Source of the DNA: Anthoceros angustus | Lineage: Eukaryota; Plantae; Anthocerotophyta | Reading direction: 5' to 3' | Length of the DNA: 64,000 bases | Assembly: GCA_010909165.1 (NCBI GenBank) | Contig: VJWM01000106.1 | Location: 124,001-188,000 of the forward strand | In this document: positions 1 to 13,500 of the stretch, one piece after another | Position numbering within the stretch: the stretch's first letter is position 1 | Layout: every line of letters starts with the position of its first letter | The notes under the pieces: generated by a model | The model's database searches: none | Seen by the model: the letters and a program-made list of their open reading frames with translations, nothing else | Told to the model about the DNA's origin: nothing | Position numbers and translations under genes: made by a program

Positions 1-710
1 TAGCCCTAATTCTCGGGGTTAGCATTCAACCAGAAGCTTCTGGAGCAGTATTGCCAAACTTTAAGGCACATTCTAGACATTGGAGATGAAGTGCTTTTTG
101 GGACAATACCAAGGGATTTGGACCACACAGAAAACGATGTACATATTCCTGGGTGACGACTTCTTTACTGGGCTTCGCAGGCTTGGCAACAGTGAAACTG
201 CACCACAGACAGAGGGAAATAGAAGAAGACGGAAGTGCATAGGTCATCAATTTGAATTTCATGTCGGAAATAACAACTATTTACACAGGCTGTAAATCTT
301 GATTCCCTTATCAAAAGGAGTGTGGTAGGCATCCATCTCCATCGGCAGGACACGACAAGGAAACACCTCAGTTCCGCAGCCCCCAGACGCAAGCGAAAGG
401 CCTTGTAAATTCATGTGTCAGTAGGATGGCCTAAACCCTGGGCCATCAGCAGAACATCGAATGGAAATGTTGACCCGAAATCTGATACCGCAGGCCCAGA
501 GCACTATGACTGCTATTAGAAACGAATCCCAACCCACCACGCCACCATGGCTGCTAGTGCTAACAGCTCAGGAAAGCTAAAGAATGAACATTGTGTCCTC
601 CCCTTTCCTGCTTTGGGATATGTAGGATAGCAGCTTGCCTGGAGAGCATGCCATTTTTTTTTCCGAAGGGGGAAGCAGCCTTCTCAAACCCGCAACCCCT
701 GCTTCCAGCT

Positions 711-1709
711 CTAGCTCGAATCGCAGTTCCATTTAGATGTCGGCACGCAGGACAGGTAGTGACACCACTTGCAGCCCTTGTTCGGATTCACGCCCTTGAA
801 TAAAAGAATAATAGCTGCAGCATACCCGGCCACGAGAAGAACGGCGGCCAAGATCCAGAGGGCGTACTGGTACTTCTTGTGCTTGGGCTTCACAGGCTCT
901 CCAGGCGCGGCATCACGCTTATGCACCCACCCGAACTGAGGCCGGACAAGCAACACGAACCCGAGCAGCAATCCCGACACGAAACCTCCGAGATGCGCGA
1001 AATTGTCCACGCGAGGCATCAGCCCGAACGCAAGGTTGACGAGGATGATGAAGAGCAGGGAGCAGAGAGCGGTGCAGCGCCGAGTGTAGATAGACCAATT
1101 CACCAACAGCTCCGCAAGCGTAGCCCCTAGGAGACCAAACAAAGCACCCGACGCCCCGACAGAGATCAATGTCCGACTGAACAGCGCCGACAGCAGACTG
1201 CCTCCAAACCCGGACAGCAGGTAGATCAACCCTATCCTGATGAAGCCAAACTCCTGCTCCAGCCGGAGCCCGATGAACAACAAGCCGAGCATATTGGCCA
1301 GCAGGTGGAACAGCCCTGCGTGCAACCACATACAAGTGATAAGCCGCCATCCTTGATACCGGTATACCACCAACTGCGTGTCCAACGCTCCAAGGTTGAG
1401 CAGCGTGTCCGAAGACGGCCCTAAAAGCGGATTCTCCCGCCACGGCTGGAAAGAGAACCTCTTCAACCACCTCGCGATGCATCCATTAGCCGAGTTGACG
1501 GGGCAATCGTTCTTGTACATAGTGATCACAAACATCACAACGTTCGCCAACACAAACACCGGAACCAGCCACGTCCACCAGGTCGTCGGCTTCCTGCTGG
1601 CAGCCATGGTCTCCCCTGATCCCTGAGGGGGAGGAGACAGAGGATAAACACCGTTTCCCTTCCCTCTCTTCTTCAATGACCCGCTCCTTTCCACGTCGCC
1701 CGAGCTCAT
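711..1709 (-). CDS. Rhomboid-like intramembrane serine protease (RBL1/2-type), single exon
   Basis: Intact ORF from ATG 1709 (MSSGDVERSG) to TAG at 711. Motifs ENPLLGPSS, WRLITCMWLHAGLFHLLANM, catalytic GASGA and HLGG, and the C-terminal CxWCHYLSCVPT of plant rhomboids. Confidence 0.95.
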   Translation of the reverse strand: MSSGDVERSGSLKKRGKGNGVYPLSPPPQGSGETMAASRKPTTWWTWLVPVFVLANVVMFVITMYKNDCPVNSANGCIARWLKRFSFQPWRENPLLGPSSDTLLNLGALDTQLVVYRYQGWRLITCMWLHAGLFHLLANMLGLLFIGLRLEQEFGFIRIGLIYLLSGFGGSLLSALFSRTLISVGASGALFGLLGATLAELLVNWSIYTRRCTALCSLLFIILVNLAFGLMPRVDNFAHLGGFVSGLLLGFVLLVRPQFGWVHKRDAAPGEPVKPKHKKYQYALWILAAVLLVAGYAAAIILLFKGVNPNKGCKWCHYLSCVPTSKWNCDSS

Positions 1710-2465
1710 TCTCCTTGCTGTCCCCCGTCCAACCTCCACCTCCCACTCCCCCTCCTCCCAAACACACGAATTCCCCCGCGCCACAACACGCAGATGCACA
1801 CACGATCAAGCCAGCCGCAATTGCACGCGAAATCCGAGCCACACAGACAGCCAGCGAGCGCTCCCGCCTTTACATCCCTACACACGATCACTCATCTTCG
1901 TTCCACCACAAGGCGATCAATCAGCTGACGCGCTTTCCCCTCCCCGGCCGCGGATTTCAAATCTGGCACTTCAGTTCTGCTCCCGGACACGGCGAGCGGC
2001 GCGGAAATCAACCAGCCGGCACGACGAGAGCAAATTCGTCGTTTGGGAGACTGGAGGACGGCAATCGGGAAGAGGCCGTGGCGGTGCCGTTGCCGCCACA
2101 GCTCCTACCAGACCTCCCCAGGCGGCAGCTCAAGCGGCTACTACTTGTCCTGCAAAGGGCGGGCGAGACTACCGCCACTTCTGCGCGCCTGCCGGGAGGC
2201 TTCCTAGAGGCCGATCCGGGAGCGCGTACGCGCTACAAAACGTGAAACGGGCCGACCCGGGACGCCACCATTGTGGTTCCGTTATACCCCGGCGCAGCGA
2301 GTGGGAGACGGGGTCAAATTTGTATCGCTTCTTTCGTGGCTTTTCACTCGCATGTCTGTACACATTGGACAGGCTCAACAGGCCCACACCGCCTAAAAAA
2401 GGGCGCGTGGGACAGTGGGACAGGGACCCCTCCCCAGCCCCCATTCAATAGCATCCTTTACAAAA

Positions 2466-2508
2466 CCCAGCTTTCTACTATATGTACTACATATAGTAGA
2501 AAGCTGGG
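2466..2508. repeat. Perfect 43-bp palindrome (21-bp arms, 1-nt centre)
   Basis: cccagctttctactatatgta-c-tacatatagtagaaagctggg. Confidence 0.95.
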
Positions 2509-3044
2509 CATATAGTAGGTAGGCTATGATTACAGTCCCACTATCACTACCTTCCAAATTCTGAACCGCTCAAAGATACATATTAGGATATCTAGGGATT
2601 ATATATAAATCCGATTATATTGAGCTTTTGATTTGATCAAGTATTTTATATTTAAATTATATTTTTAGGTTATATAGGTACATCCAACTCCTTCGGAGCG
2701 TTTTTTGGGTGAGACCAGCCCAGTTAATCAGTATTGTAACCCTTTGGGACCAACTATCATTGTACTTGGAATAGATATGAGTCGGCACCGTCTTCTACAA
2801 GACAACCTTTCATTGTCATTTTACTCATAATAACTATATGTCAGCACACCGTTGTATAAGACATTCTAAACAACTAAGTGGACTTATCCCGTGAAAGACA
2901 ACGAGCTACAATATAACAAATACCAATCAAAAACATTGGTTTCAACACTAGGATCATGAGCACAAGTCCAAACTTGGATTGATGGGCACTACAACGAAAG
3001 AGCACTTTTTGCAAAAGTATTTTACTTAAATTTTAGGCTGTTTC

Positions 3045-3304
3045 TAAAGAATTTGTGGCCTAGGATCGCATGTGTGCAATGCGTGATGATCGTGCAAGAT
3101 GAAAGCAAGGGAGACAAAGCAAGTTGGGATTGTAAGATATTCAACTAATGCACGAAAAAGGTGTCTTATACAAAAAACGGTTATTGACGATTATTGACGG
3201 TTATTAATTAATTAACTAATAATAAAACTAAACCTAATTCTAATTGTGACTTAAATCACTATTATGTTTTAACACATTTTGTTCAAATAAGCTATATTCC
3301 ATTA
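3045..3304 (-). repeat. 3' LTR of copia element (260 bp)
   Basis: Near-identical to 8786-9042. Preceded on the minus strand by the purine tract ...AAGTGGGAG (ending at 3305). Confidence 0.93.
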
Positions 3305-3539
3305 CTCCCACTTAGTTGCAATTAGGAGTTAATTAATAAGCTTGAAAATATCTTGAAGATGAACTTCACTAGGAAGTGTACTCCCCGCTTGTATAAGCAG
3401 GAAAAGAGTTTTGACAAGTGTGAAATAAACAATAAGGCTTCATCCAATCACCAAGCCAAATAAAGGTGAGAATCAACCTAATGAGTCTCGCTTTGTTCAC
3501 GCAGTATAGTTTGTAGCCACCGCCAAAGTATGCTTCTCA

Positions 3540-6500
3540 TGTACTAGCTTTGGCAAAGCTTTGTCAAAAGATCAGCCACATTCTCAAGTATCAACATAGT
3601 CCACTTTTACCTCTTTACTACGCTTGTCTTATAAAATGATGAGCAATCTCAATATGCTTGCTCCTAGCATGAAAACCGGATTCTTCGATAAAGCAATGGT
3701 ATGATTGTCGCACCAAAGCTGAGTTGGTCCTTCATGAAGCTGCTTAAGTCCACATAAGAAAGATCGAATCCAAATAACCTCTCTAGCAGCTTGTGTCATA
3801 GCACCATATTCTGCTTCCGTAGAGGAGAGACAAATAGTGGTGAGCTTTTTACTAGACCAAGAAATAACTGATCCACCTAAAACGTGAGGTCGCTACACTA
3901 CGTCTAGTGTCCGGGTCTCCAATCGGCATCACAAAAGGACATTGCAAACCATCCGATTGCTTAGAAAACGTAAACCTCATGCGTCCCCTTTGAGGTACCT
4001 AAAATCCTCTTCATCGCAGCCCAATGTGGCAAGCCAGGGTTCTCTAAAAATTGACTAACATTACTAATTGCGCGTGTAATGTCTAATCTAGTCCAACTTG
4101 ATAGATAAATTAAACAACCAACAGCTTGTCGATAAGGCTTGAGTGCCATCTCAATCTTTTCTTCTTCTGTTGTTGGGCATTGTTCCTTAGATAGCTTTTC
4201 ACCTATAGACATAGGTGTGCTGACTGGTCGTACATCCTCCATCTTGAATCTCTTAAGTAGTTGATGTACAAAATGCTCTTGATGAATATCAATAGTATTA
4301 TCACGGGTGTTAAAATGAAATTGAACACCAAGAGAAAATGATAAGCGCCCCAAATCACCATATCAAATCTTGCCAAAAGAACGCTTTTATTCTTGCCATA
4401 AGAGTTGGTGAAGTGCTAAATAAAATATTGTCATCAACATAAACAGTTAAAATGATAAAATCATTGCCATCCCATAAAATATATACGCTGGTATCAGCGT
4501 CCAAACATGTGAAACCCAATTCTATGAGCAATGCATGAAACACTTCATTCCATGCACGGGAGGACTGTTTAAGACCATAAAGTGTTTTTAAAAGCTGACA
4601 CACTTTATTAGGGTCTATAATAAAACCTTCCGGTTGGGCCATGTAGATGACCTCATCTAAGGTGCCATTAAGAAAAGCAGTTTTTACGTCTAACTGATGT
4701 ACGAGGAGATTGTAGTGAGCAGCAAGGGCCAAGAGTATTCTTATGGAGGTAGACTTAACAACTGGGGCAAATGTTTCATTGTAGTCTAGTCCCGCTACTT
4801 GACTATAACCCTTTGCCACGAGGCGAGCCTTATACCTACCAACACTACCATCGATTAAGTTTCTTCTTGAAGACCCACTTACAAGCAAGCGGTTTGCGAC
4901 CGGAGGAGATCAACAAGAACCCAAGTTTTGTTAGAAATGAGAGATTGATATTCGACTCAATAGCCTTTTGCCAAAAGGAAGCTTGAGGCCCTTCAATTGC
5001 TTCTCTATAGGTGGCGGTTCACCTAATGATTCTACAACACTAAAAACATAAGGAGGTGGAAAAGGATTCCTCTGCAATACTGCGACATATGGAGGCTCTT
5101 TCCACTCGACCTTGGAGGACGGTGTCTAGAACGGCGTAGTACTTGAGGAGGCTCTTCATTGGCTTCATTAACGCCATCATGTGCTTCAAGACAATATGTC
5201 ATTAGCCACCGGATGTGCGGGTGAACATCATCAACTACAACGGAGCGCAGGGGTAATAGGAGCAGCCCCTCAAGCCAAAGAGGAGTCATCCTCAAAAATA
5301 GTAACACAAGAATCATCAAACGCAAAAGAGTCGGAAGGTGGGTCCGAAACACGGATATAGATGCGGAGGCATAGTTGCGCCGAGGAGGAAGTTGAGCGAT
5401 GTTGACGAAGCAAAATATCTTCGTTAAAAACCACACGGAAATGGTCACTGGCGTGTAATCGGATCAAACAACTTGTAACCCTTCACATCATCGGAGAGTA
5501 ACCCACAAAAATTCTGGAGCCTTCAAATCCATCTTATGACGAGTAGCTGGGGACATAAGCATAAGCGGGTGATCCAAAATACGTAGATGCCCTATGGGCT
5601 TCTTTCATCCATCTCTCATAAGGAGTTGTCAATCCAAGCTCCTTAGTAGGTAGTCGGTTGAGAACATAATTTGCAGCCATCAATGCCTCACCCAATATCC
5701 ACGAGAGAGTGGCAAAAGTAAGAGAGGCCAAAGTAGCCTCTTGCGTGTCCGGTTTTCCTCTCGGCAAAGGAGTTCGAAAGGAGTGTATGACGTGAGTCGG
5801 TGTTGTATCCCTTCCAAAGAGCAAAATTCACGAAAAGCATTGGATGTATTCGCCGCCATTGTCATCACAGAATTTTAACCTTGTGAACCTTTGGATGCAA
5901 ACCGCAAATAGGTTTGAAAACACATAAAAGCCTCGCTTTTATTTCTTAACACATAAACAATTAACGGCTCCATTCATCTATGAATGTAATAAAATAAGCA
6001 GCTCCTCCAAATGAGCTGGTGGACATAGGGCCACAAATATCACTATGAATAGTATCCAAAAGGGCAGAGGCCCTTGTTGAGTGCAGATCCGTATATGGCT
6101 TAGAAAATGCTTTACTAAGTTGACAGGAGTCACAAAAGGGGTGACCAGAAGGGAGATAGGTAAGTGGATCTCGAAAGCTATCACCCTTCGTAAGAGATGC
6201 TAGACGCTGAAAATTTACATGGGCAAGACGACAATGCCAAAGTTGCATTGAAGCTGGTTTCTGAATGGCATTAACAGACTGAGTGGGTTGAGGCTGCACT
6301 ATGGATTTGACATCTAATAAATACAAATCATGAAAAGGGGTGCCTGAGAAAAGGTCATGGCTTGATGGAACATGCGTTACAGGCAACCTTTGATCAAAGC
6401 AGACTCGGCAAGAGTGTTCTTGTGACAACTTAAGCACCGACATCAAATTTTTGGTCATAGAAGGAACAAATAAAACACCGAAAGTGTGAGTGAAGACTCA

Positions 6501-7604
6501 TCCGGGAGTTGTATGACCACGCCCGAGCCCTTGATGGAAAGCCCATCATCACCCAAAAGCACAAACCGATTGGCATCATATGTGGGTGAGAAAGTTTTAA
6601 ATGAGTGTCCACAAAACAAATATGACTGGTAGCTCTCGAATCTAAAACCAAGTTTCTACTTGAGAATGAGCAGATGAAAGACAAACACTAAGATTGTGGA
6701 AGACTTAGCCTTTGTGGTTGTGAGGTTTGATTCGAAGACTTGCATCTCGACGAGGCTCACTACCCTTTTCTTCCGCAATTCTTCTCAATATGGCGGGTAT
6801 CTTGCACCAATGGCAAGTCATATTTCGCTTTGGTGCCGAGATAATTAGGATTATATGTGGAACGCTGAAAATTGATTGGGAAGCCACGCCCGCCACGCCC
6901 CTCGAAAGCCCCTCGCCTCGAGAAGTGAACAAAATTCTCGAGTTTGATTGACCACTTGAGCTGGCCTTCATCTTATTAAGGCCACGAGTCCTCTCCTCCG
7001 CTAGAAGAGCTCCAAACACCTCAAGTGTAATAGCGGAGTTGCACTGCAATCGCTGATTGACCGCCGTCGATAATGGCACTGCGCTTACAAAAGATTGATA
7101 TGCTTGGTAGGGTTGCAAGTAGGCCGACGGCTGAACTTCAAAACTGCTTCCACAATATGAAAAGGTTAGCACGACAAGTGCGAAACCGTTAATATAAGAC
7201 TCCACGGGCTCGTTATCTTTCATGCGGAGGCTGAAAAATCCTGAATGCTTGAACAAGGGAAGCCGAGCTCCTGTCCTTATAAATCATCTTAAAGTTATTC
7301 CACACATCACTTGAAGTGGCAGCACCCAAAGTGTGTGTCATCATGTTCCGATCTAGAGCGGAAATAATAATAGTTCTTGCACGTCTGTTCTTCGTTGCCA
7401 ATCCAAAACGACATCAGGGGCGGCTCCTGGAGCAGGAGCAGGTTCAGACCCATCTACAACCCCGATCAATTCGTTTTCTTCTAAAATCTGCGACACTCTC
7501 ATTGCCCATATGGTGTAATCTGACCCGTTAAATCTATCTCTATCCTTAAATTCTATCCTAAGAGGAGTTAGGGGAACAAGAGGGCAATGAGAAGGTGCCG
7601 CCAT
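3540..7604 (-). pseudogene. Copia gag-pol polyprotein, frameshifted as assembled
   Basis: gag (RFNGSDYTIWAMRV...LIGVVDGS), protease (LVLDSRATSHIC), GAG-pre-integrase (LWHCRLAHVN), integrase (IHSDICGPM...FITFIDEWSR), RT (YKARLVAKGYSQ, QLDVKTAFLNG, LYGLKQS, VYVDD) and RNase H fragments, spread over several frames. Confidence 0.9.
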
Positions 7605-8429
7605 TGTATTTAGTCTAAATTGTACAGCTTGAGGAGAAAAATCCCATATGGAATACTCTACTACATGAGTTTCTGCCTCTGGAGTATCAAATAAACTTCC
7701 AAACAAAGTATTTGATGCTTGACTACCATCACCGTAGTCGAAAGCATAAAAACTACACCATAAAATGGTTAGAACCGGGACAAAATCGTCTCGACAATCT
7801 AGGCAGCTAGATTGGTATTGTAGCAAAAACTAATACACACAAAATGCATGCGTCTAATGCCTAAAAAAAAAACATATTTAATAGCCCTTAATTAATTAAT
7901 TAATTAATTAATTAATTAATTTTAACCGATTTTTTTTAATTTTAATTTTAAGGGTCTGGTGAATTATGAGGCTTCCTAGCAAGGGGCTCTCCACAAAAAA
8001 AAACAAAATTAAAACACGATATTCTGGCCTTTATAGATTTCCGAAAAGCCGCTTATTCGCATAGAATCTCGAAAGATGCCGAAAAGAGATGCCGTTTTTA
8101 TGTCTCCTTCCTTCTCCACGGCGGCGCGGTGAGAGTCCTCGCGATGGGTTTATTCTCCGATGACTCCTCCGCAGCCTCTGCTCGCGCCTCCTTGCGGCCG
8201 CCAGGCCCATGTTGTGGCCTCCGCTGTGTTTTGGCTGGTTGTGCGCCGTCAGCCGCTGCGCCTTGATTCCGCCTCGCTTCCATTTTGCGCGTACGCCATA
8301 GCCGCCTTGCCTCTCAGCCTCACGCACCGCCGCCATCGCTGGCCGATCGCTGCATGCTGCCGCAGGCCGCAGCATTGGCCGGCTGGCGGCGCAGAAGATG
8401 TTGGTTGTTTGATCAGTTTGATCATTGAT

Positions 8430-8557
8430 GCTTGCTTGCTTGCTTAGAGGTGTGCTTTTTTGTTGCTGCTGCATGCTAACTGCCGCTTGCTTGCTTAGAG
8501 GTGTGCTTGGCGCTCTTCCGCATGTCGATTGCCGCTTGCTTGCTTAGAGGTGTGCTT
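8430..8557. repeat. Three spaced copies of gcttgcttgcttagaggtgtgctt in the copia 5' leader
   Basis: The 24-bp motif recurs at about 8434, 8485 and 8514, between the PBS and gag. Confidence 0.85.
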
Positions 8558-8770
8558 GTTTAGCGCTCTTGGATCTACAGACCACATTCATAGCCTACAG
8601 GGGCTAATATCCCCAACATGAAAAACATCTTGTAATTGCGTTCCTCGCCTACTCAAGACTAATCCACAAAACAAAACAAAACACGTTCGCAACACGGCAT
8701 TGTGATAAGCAAGGACTAAAGCATTTTCCTTCCTTTTAAAAGAAAACAATCACATCGGCAACAGAGCATA

Positions 8771-8785
8771 TTGGCTCTGATACCA
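8771..8785 (-). promoter_or_regulatory. Primer-binding site, initiator tRNA-Met type
   Basis: Minus strand TGGTATCAGAGCCAA abutting the 5' LTR. Confidence 0.93.
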
Positions 8786-9042
8786 TAAAGAATTTGTGGC
8801 CTAGGATCGCATGTGTGCAATGCGTGATGATCGTGCAAGATGAAAGCAAGGGAGACAAAGCAAGTTGGGATTGTAAGATATTCAACTAATGCACGAAAAA
8901 GGTGTCTTATACAAAAAGCAGTTGTTAGCGGTTGTGATTGTTTTATTAATTAACTAATAATAAAACTAAACCTAATTCTAATTGTGACTTAAATCACTAT
9001 TATGTTTTAACACATTTTGTTCAAATAAGCTATATTCCATTA
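8786..9042 (-). repeat. 5' LTR of copia element (257 bp)
   Basis: Near-identical to 3045-3304 and directly followed by the PBS on the minus strand. Confidence 0.93.
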
Positions 9043-10278
9043 GTTTCTAGGTCCTAATTTGTATCACCAATGGTTATGCAATAGCATAATCTACCATTAT
9101 AAAGTTGAGTGATCATTTATCAGTTTGATAGCGTGGCAAGTTTAGAGGGCAATCTTGCAACGGGGCTTTTTCTTGTACCTAGGATAATAGTAACATTGTA
9201 ACATCCACACCCTTTATCCAAACCCTTTATTCATTATCGTTCATCATGTTCAATTAATACTAATTAATGCTTAATTCATATAAGCGCTTTAGATTAATTA
9301 CTAATTACTTACTTTAAGACAAGTACTTAGATTAATTAGCACTAATATATTACTAAACCCCAGCGTTTAGACTAATGTCACTCAACATGATATGTGTCAC
9401 TCTAATAGGATAACATGGGGTAGACATGTTGTGTCATCGCCATCCTCGCAACTAGCGTAATGCAAGGCAATTAGCCGTGACCTAGTGTCAACTTGGTGCT
9501 AATGGAAATGGAGCAAGTGTTGGAAAGATGCAAGTGTCATGGCAAATGGGATATCGGCGAATGTAATAGGTATGTGCGGGCGCGGGTGTGTGTGATCATG
9601 AGCACATGCATCGGCATGGGTGATGATGGGCATGCGTATGCGCATCTCCGATGTATATGTGGGCTAGCAGAAACCGAGCACGAAGCGCCAAGCTGCAATC
9701 ACGGCGAGGTCACGGCTTCTGCCGGGATCACAGACGACACTGCGACGTCTCAGACGCCTGCGATCGACCACGCACGCCGCAGTAAAGCGGCAACCGCAGG
9801 AGAGGCGGATTGCTGATGTTTGTTCGAGAGTGACAAATAGACTGCGGTGTGCAAAAGTTGGATGTAAAGCTCTGGGAATAAGGGGTGTCGGCGAATGTGC
9901 CTAAAGGTGATACGAACGATTTTGGCCATCAGCAATCCCCTTTCTAGAGCTTGACATTGCAACAGCGCCAAGATCGAGTTCAGAGCACTAAACATCGCAG
10001 AACCGGCGGCGTTGCAAAAGGGGCCGGATGCCAATGAAAGCTAAGTAGATGGTGGATTTCGAAGAGAACGCTGTGGATTTTTCCTTGCTGTTTTATGCTG
10101 GTCGTTCCATCTCTGAGTTGGCCGTCTTGCAGAGATAGAACCTGCCTACCTGTGGCGAAGGCTGTGGAGGAAGTGATTGACAAGTTGGCCTGGCTATCAG
10201 ATTGGACTAGCGAAGGGACCAGCACTAACTTTGATGCAATGCCGTACATAGTTTCACGCAGGGGGCGGGATTGAAGAA

Positions 10279-10591
10279 GTGATGGTGCTCTTGCGCTCAG
10301 GCTGGATGAACGAGAGTACTCCGGTTCAGGAAGCTCGCAGTCCCGCAGCTCAATACCCTTCGGTTCGTAGGATCGGTGGTCAGTTCGAGTGGAACCGAAG
10401 CCCCATCCACTCCATAGCGTTTGAAGAAAGTGGTGGTGAGGCAAGGATGGAGTATGATCCAGCATCCAGTAAGAATAACGTATTCACGGGTCGACATGGC
10501 AGCATGTCACTTGCCGACTTCGAAGAAAAGTTCAGATGGGCGATTGATGAGATGGTGCTCAAATACAAGTCGGAGTTTACACCTGAGATGG
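10279..10591 (+). pseudogene. N-terminal gag fragment of a gypsy-like element (element Z)
   Basis: NVFTGRHGSMSLADFEEKFRWAIDEMVLKYKSEFTPEM ends at GATGG (10587-10591). The frame continues exactly on the minus strand from 27795. Confidence 0.75.
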
Positions 10592-13500
10592 TGTGGCACG
10601 ACTTTTTGCCGCGGCCCGGCGCGCATAATCCGAGGTCGTTAGGAGTCCTCCCAAGGGAATGTCAGCCCGTTTGCCGCGTTTTAACCGTTTCTCACCTCAA
10701 CATCGTGACCGTTTCCGACTCAAACGCACGCACTCACTAGTTCTGCCTAACTATTCATTCATCGAACAGGCCCGGGCGTGGGCACACACGCGTTAAGGAC
10801 TCGTTCGGCGTCAGAACCCTTCTGTCCTCGTTCGTCTAGTCCGATCTCCTCACCACTCTCACTACGTTCACTGTTTTGGAAAAAGGTGGGTGGGCCGCAT
10901 GGTCCGGACCTCCTCCGTCGTTCACCGGCTCCGTCCGGGCTACGCACACCTTCCGAGGTTCCCGGCTCACGTTCGGTCGTCCAGAAGCGTCGGACCGGCG
11001 CCTGGAAGAGCAAGGGTCTCGTCCACTCTTACTGCAGCCACCACACGTTGGGTCCGTCACGGGACCTTGATCGGTCTCTCCGGGGCTGTCGTGCCTTTCA
11101 TTGATCGGGACTCACGTTAGCAAAGAACGACAAGGGTCTACAAGGAAGCGTGGTATCCACCCTAAGAAAAGCATGGATGCTTTACTAGAGCATTGCCTCT
11201 TATACTCGCCCAAGGTCGGGCGTCTTTGTCGCCCTATTCGGCGGGTAGCGATGTCATCGACCCTTCTATCTACCCCCTTCCGCCTATCTCCGTCGTCGGC
11301 CGGTGGGCACAGGGGTACCCAGGATTACGCCTCGTGGCCGATGATCCAACTCCACCTTACTGACGGTTGCAGGCGCGCAGTCGGATCAAGTGGTAGGGCC
11401 TTCCCTTCCCGGAATCTCGCCGTTGGAGCTCGTGATCCGACAACTTGCGGTAACCACCACATCCTCCTCTCGGGCCCCGAGTGGGTCCCAGCCAAGACCA
11501 CCAAGGTGCACTCACTTTGAGCCATAGATTTGGTGACTTCCTCTCTCCTCAGTCTCGGACCTCGGGGTCCAGTCGATTTGAGTCCGATCTTCAAGGATTG
11601 GCCTTATATGTCGGAGTCCGGGACCTGAGGTTCGGTCTCATCTGTTCGGACCTCGGGGTCCAGGCTTTCCAAGTCGGGGTGGGACCTCCGATCTAGGACT
11701 TCCCGGTTCTTGGACTTCTGGGGGTCCATGCCCACTCATCGGACCCCCCTCCTAGCTCAGGTCCCGCTGGTCCCCTCCCTCTCTACCCCTTTCGAGGTCC
11801 TCGTTCCTATTCTCCCCAGAGGGTTGCGGTGGCTTACCTCATGTTACTTACGTCAGCGCGTGCTCCTCTTGGGGTTCCTCCTCCATTTGGTCGTCACTCG
11901 AACAATGCCACCAAGGCCCCGGTGCTGTCCCCTTGCCCTTCTTCTCCCCCCACTCCTTCCGATCCTTGGGAGGTCCGATTGTCGCGGGTGGCGTGAAGCT
12001 TCAAAGCCTTGAGGAGCTCCGGCTGGTAGTAGGCAAAATCCGTGGCCTGGCTGGATTGCCTCTTCCACATGCGCCGGGCACCCGATACTCTCTTAGCCAT
12101 AGGTGCTTGAGCCGAGCGTGTTGCCAGCTTTCGGCCCGCTTCCATCGCCGAGTTCGTCCGGTTGGAGCCGGCAGAGCCAGCCACTAGGGAGGCCTCCATG
12201 CCTCAGCCACTGCCCACCGCCTCCTCGCCTGGCATCCCACCAGCCTCGCCATGGCGCGTACCTCCGCCTTCCCAACCTGGACCGGCAGCTTCTTTCCAAG
12301 GCCCGCTTCCATTCATTCCGGCCTCAAGCTCCTCCCTTCCAGGCGGTCCAACTCCGCCCGGTCCCTTGCTTCGCCCGAGTTCTTCTCCATTTCGGCGATA
12401 TCCTCCTTGTTCCATCGCCTCACCTCCTCCGTCCTCAGCGAGCTTGTCGCATCTCCCGCCGTGGTCCGCGAGCTCCCGGAGGCTCCATGCGCTGGCCGTG
12501 TCTTGGGCTGTAGCTCAAGATCTCCTTCTTGATCCTCCATCTCCTCCAGCTGTTCCTCCACTCCACGCCAGGCGGAGATCCTCCATCTCCCTGCTACGGC
12601 CTCCTTCTTCGTGACGACTGGGTCTGCGTCGCCACTACTTTCCGCTACTCTCGATACCTTCATTGGTCCTGCACTGATTCGAATCTCGGTATCATTTTAG
12701 CCGGCTCACCTCCAGCGCCGCCTTCACACGAGCCTCCGGGCGCTGTTGTTCTGTCGAGCCGCCTCGGCGGTCTCGAGCCGCTCCGCCTGCCTTGGGCTTG
12801 CCTCCACTCTCCTACTGCCGCCATCAGAGTCCTCTGCCCGGGCTTGGGCCTCTCTAGCAGTTTGTACCGGGTTGCGACTTTGTAAAGGACCTTAGTCCGG
12901 TCTTCTGGCAGACCGGACCTCCCGCCACACGCCTTTCCCTCCTCGATTCGGCTGAGACCGCCTTCTTCTTGGCGCTTGGGCCACCGCCTCCCCGAGGAGC
13001 ACCATGCGCCTCAGGTGGCCTCTACTTCACAGGTCTTCTGCTTAGAGGCCCAGAGCATACCGTCCATGGCGTTTGCCGGGACTCGCCGTGTTTCTTCCAC
13101 GCCACGGCCGGAGGCACCCAAGAAGTGCCAAAAGCGGGCATCTCCCGATCCGTTAAGGACCGCTGCATCGAGTGACTCGGACTTGGCCTCCGGACTCGGG
13201 ACATGACCCTCAGTCGGTTCAACCAGTCCTAAATCTCCTTGGCGTTTGGCCGCTAACTCCTTCTCCGCCCGCGCTTTGGAGGTGAAACCCGAATTGCGTT
13301 TGCTTCTTCACGCCGGGAGCAGGGACGCTCACGGTGTGGTTGCGCGGTGACCTCCTGCGCCTTGGCGTTTGGCCGCTAACTCCTTCTCACGGCTTCCTCC
13401 GCCCCACCATCTGTAGGTAGGGGCAAAGGAACCGATACGCTCCTTGGCGCTTCATTGGCGGGAGCTGCTTCCGCCTTTGATTTACTCGTCCCGTGCCTCT

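Larger units (their letters stand above)
3045..9042 (-). mobile_element. Full-length Ty1/copia LTR retrotransposon with TA...TA termini and GTTTC TSD
   Basis: Direct LTRs at 3045-3304 and 8786-9042. GTTTC at 3040-3044 and 9043-9047. PBS and PPT in the expected positions. Domain order gag-PR-INT-RT-RH on the minus strand. Confidence 0.95.

Noticed and set aside
26-262. Short ORF at the window start
   Set aside because: No recognisable domain; probably the rhomboid 3' region or the end of a gene outside the window.
9197-9505. 5' LTR and PBS of element Z (TGTAACATCC...GTGTCA then TGGTGCT)
   Set aside because: Plausible, but there is no second copy or TSD in the window to confirm it.
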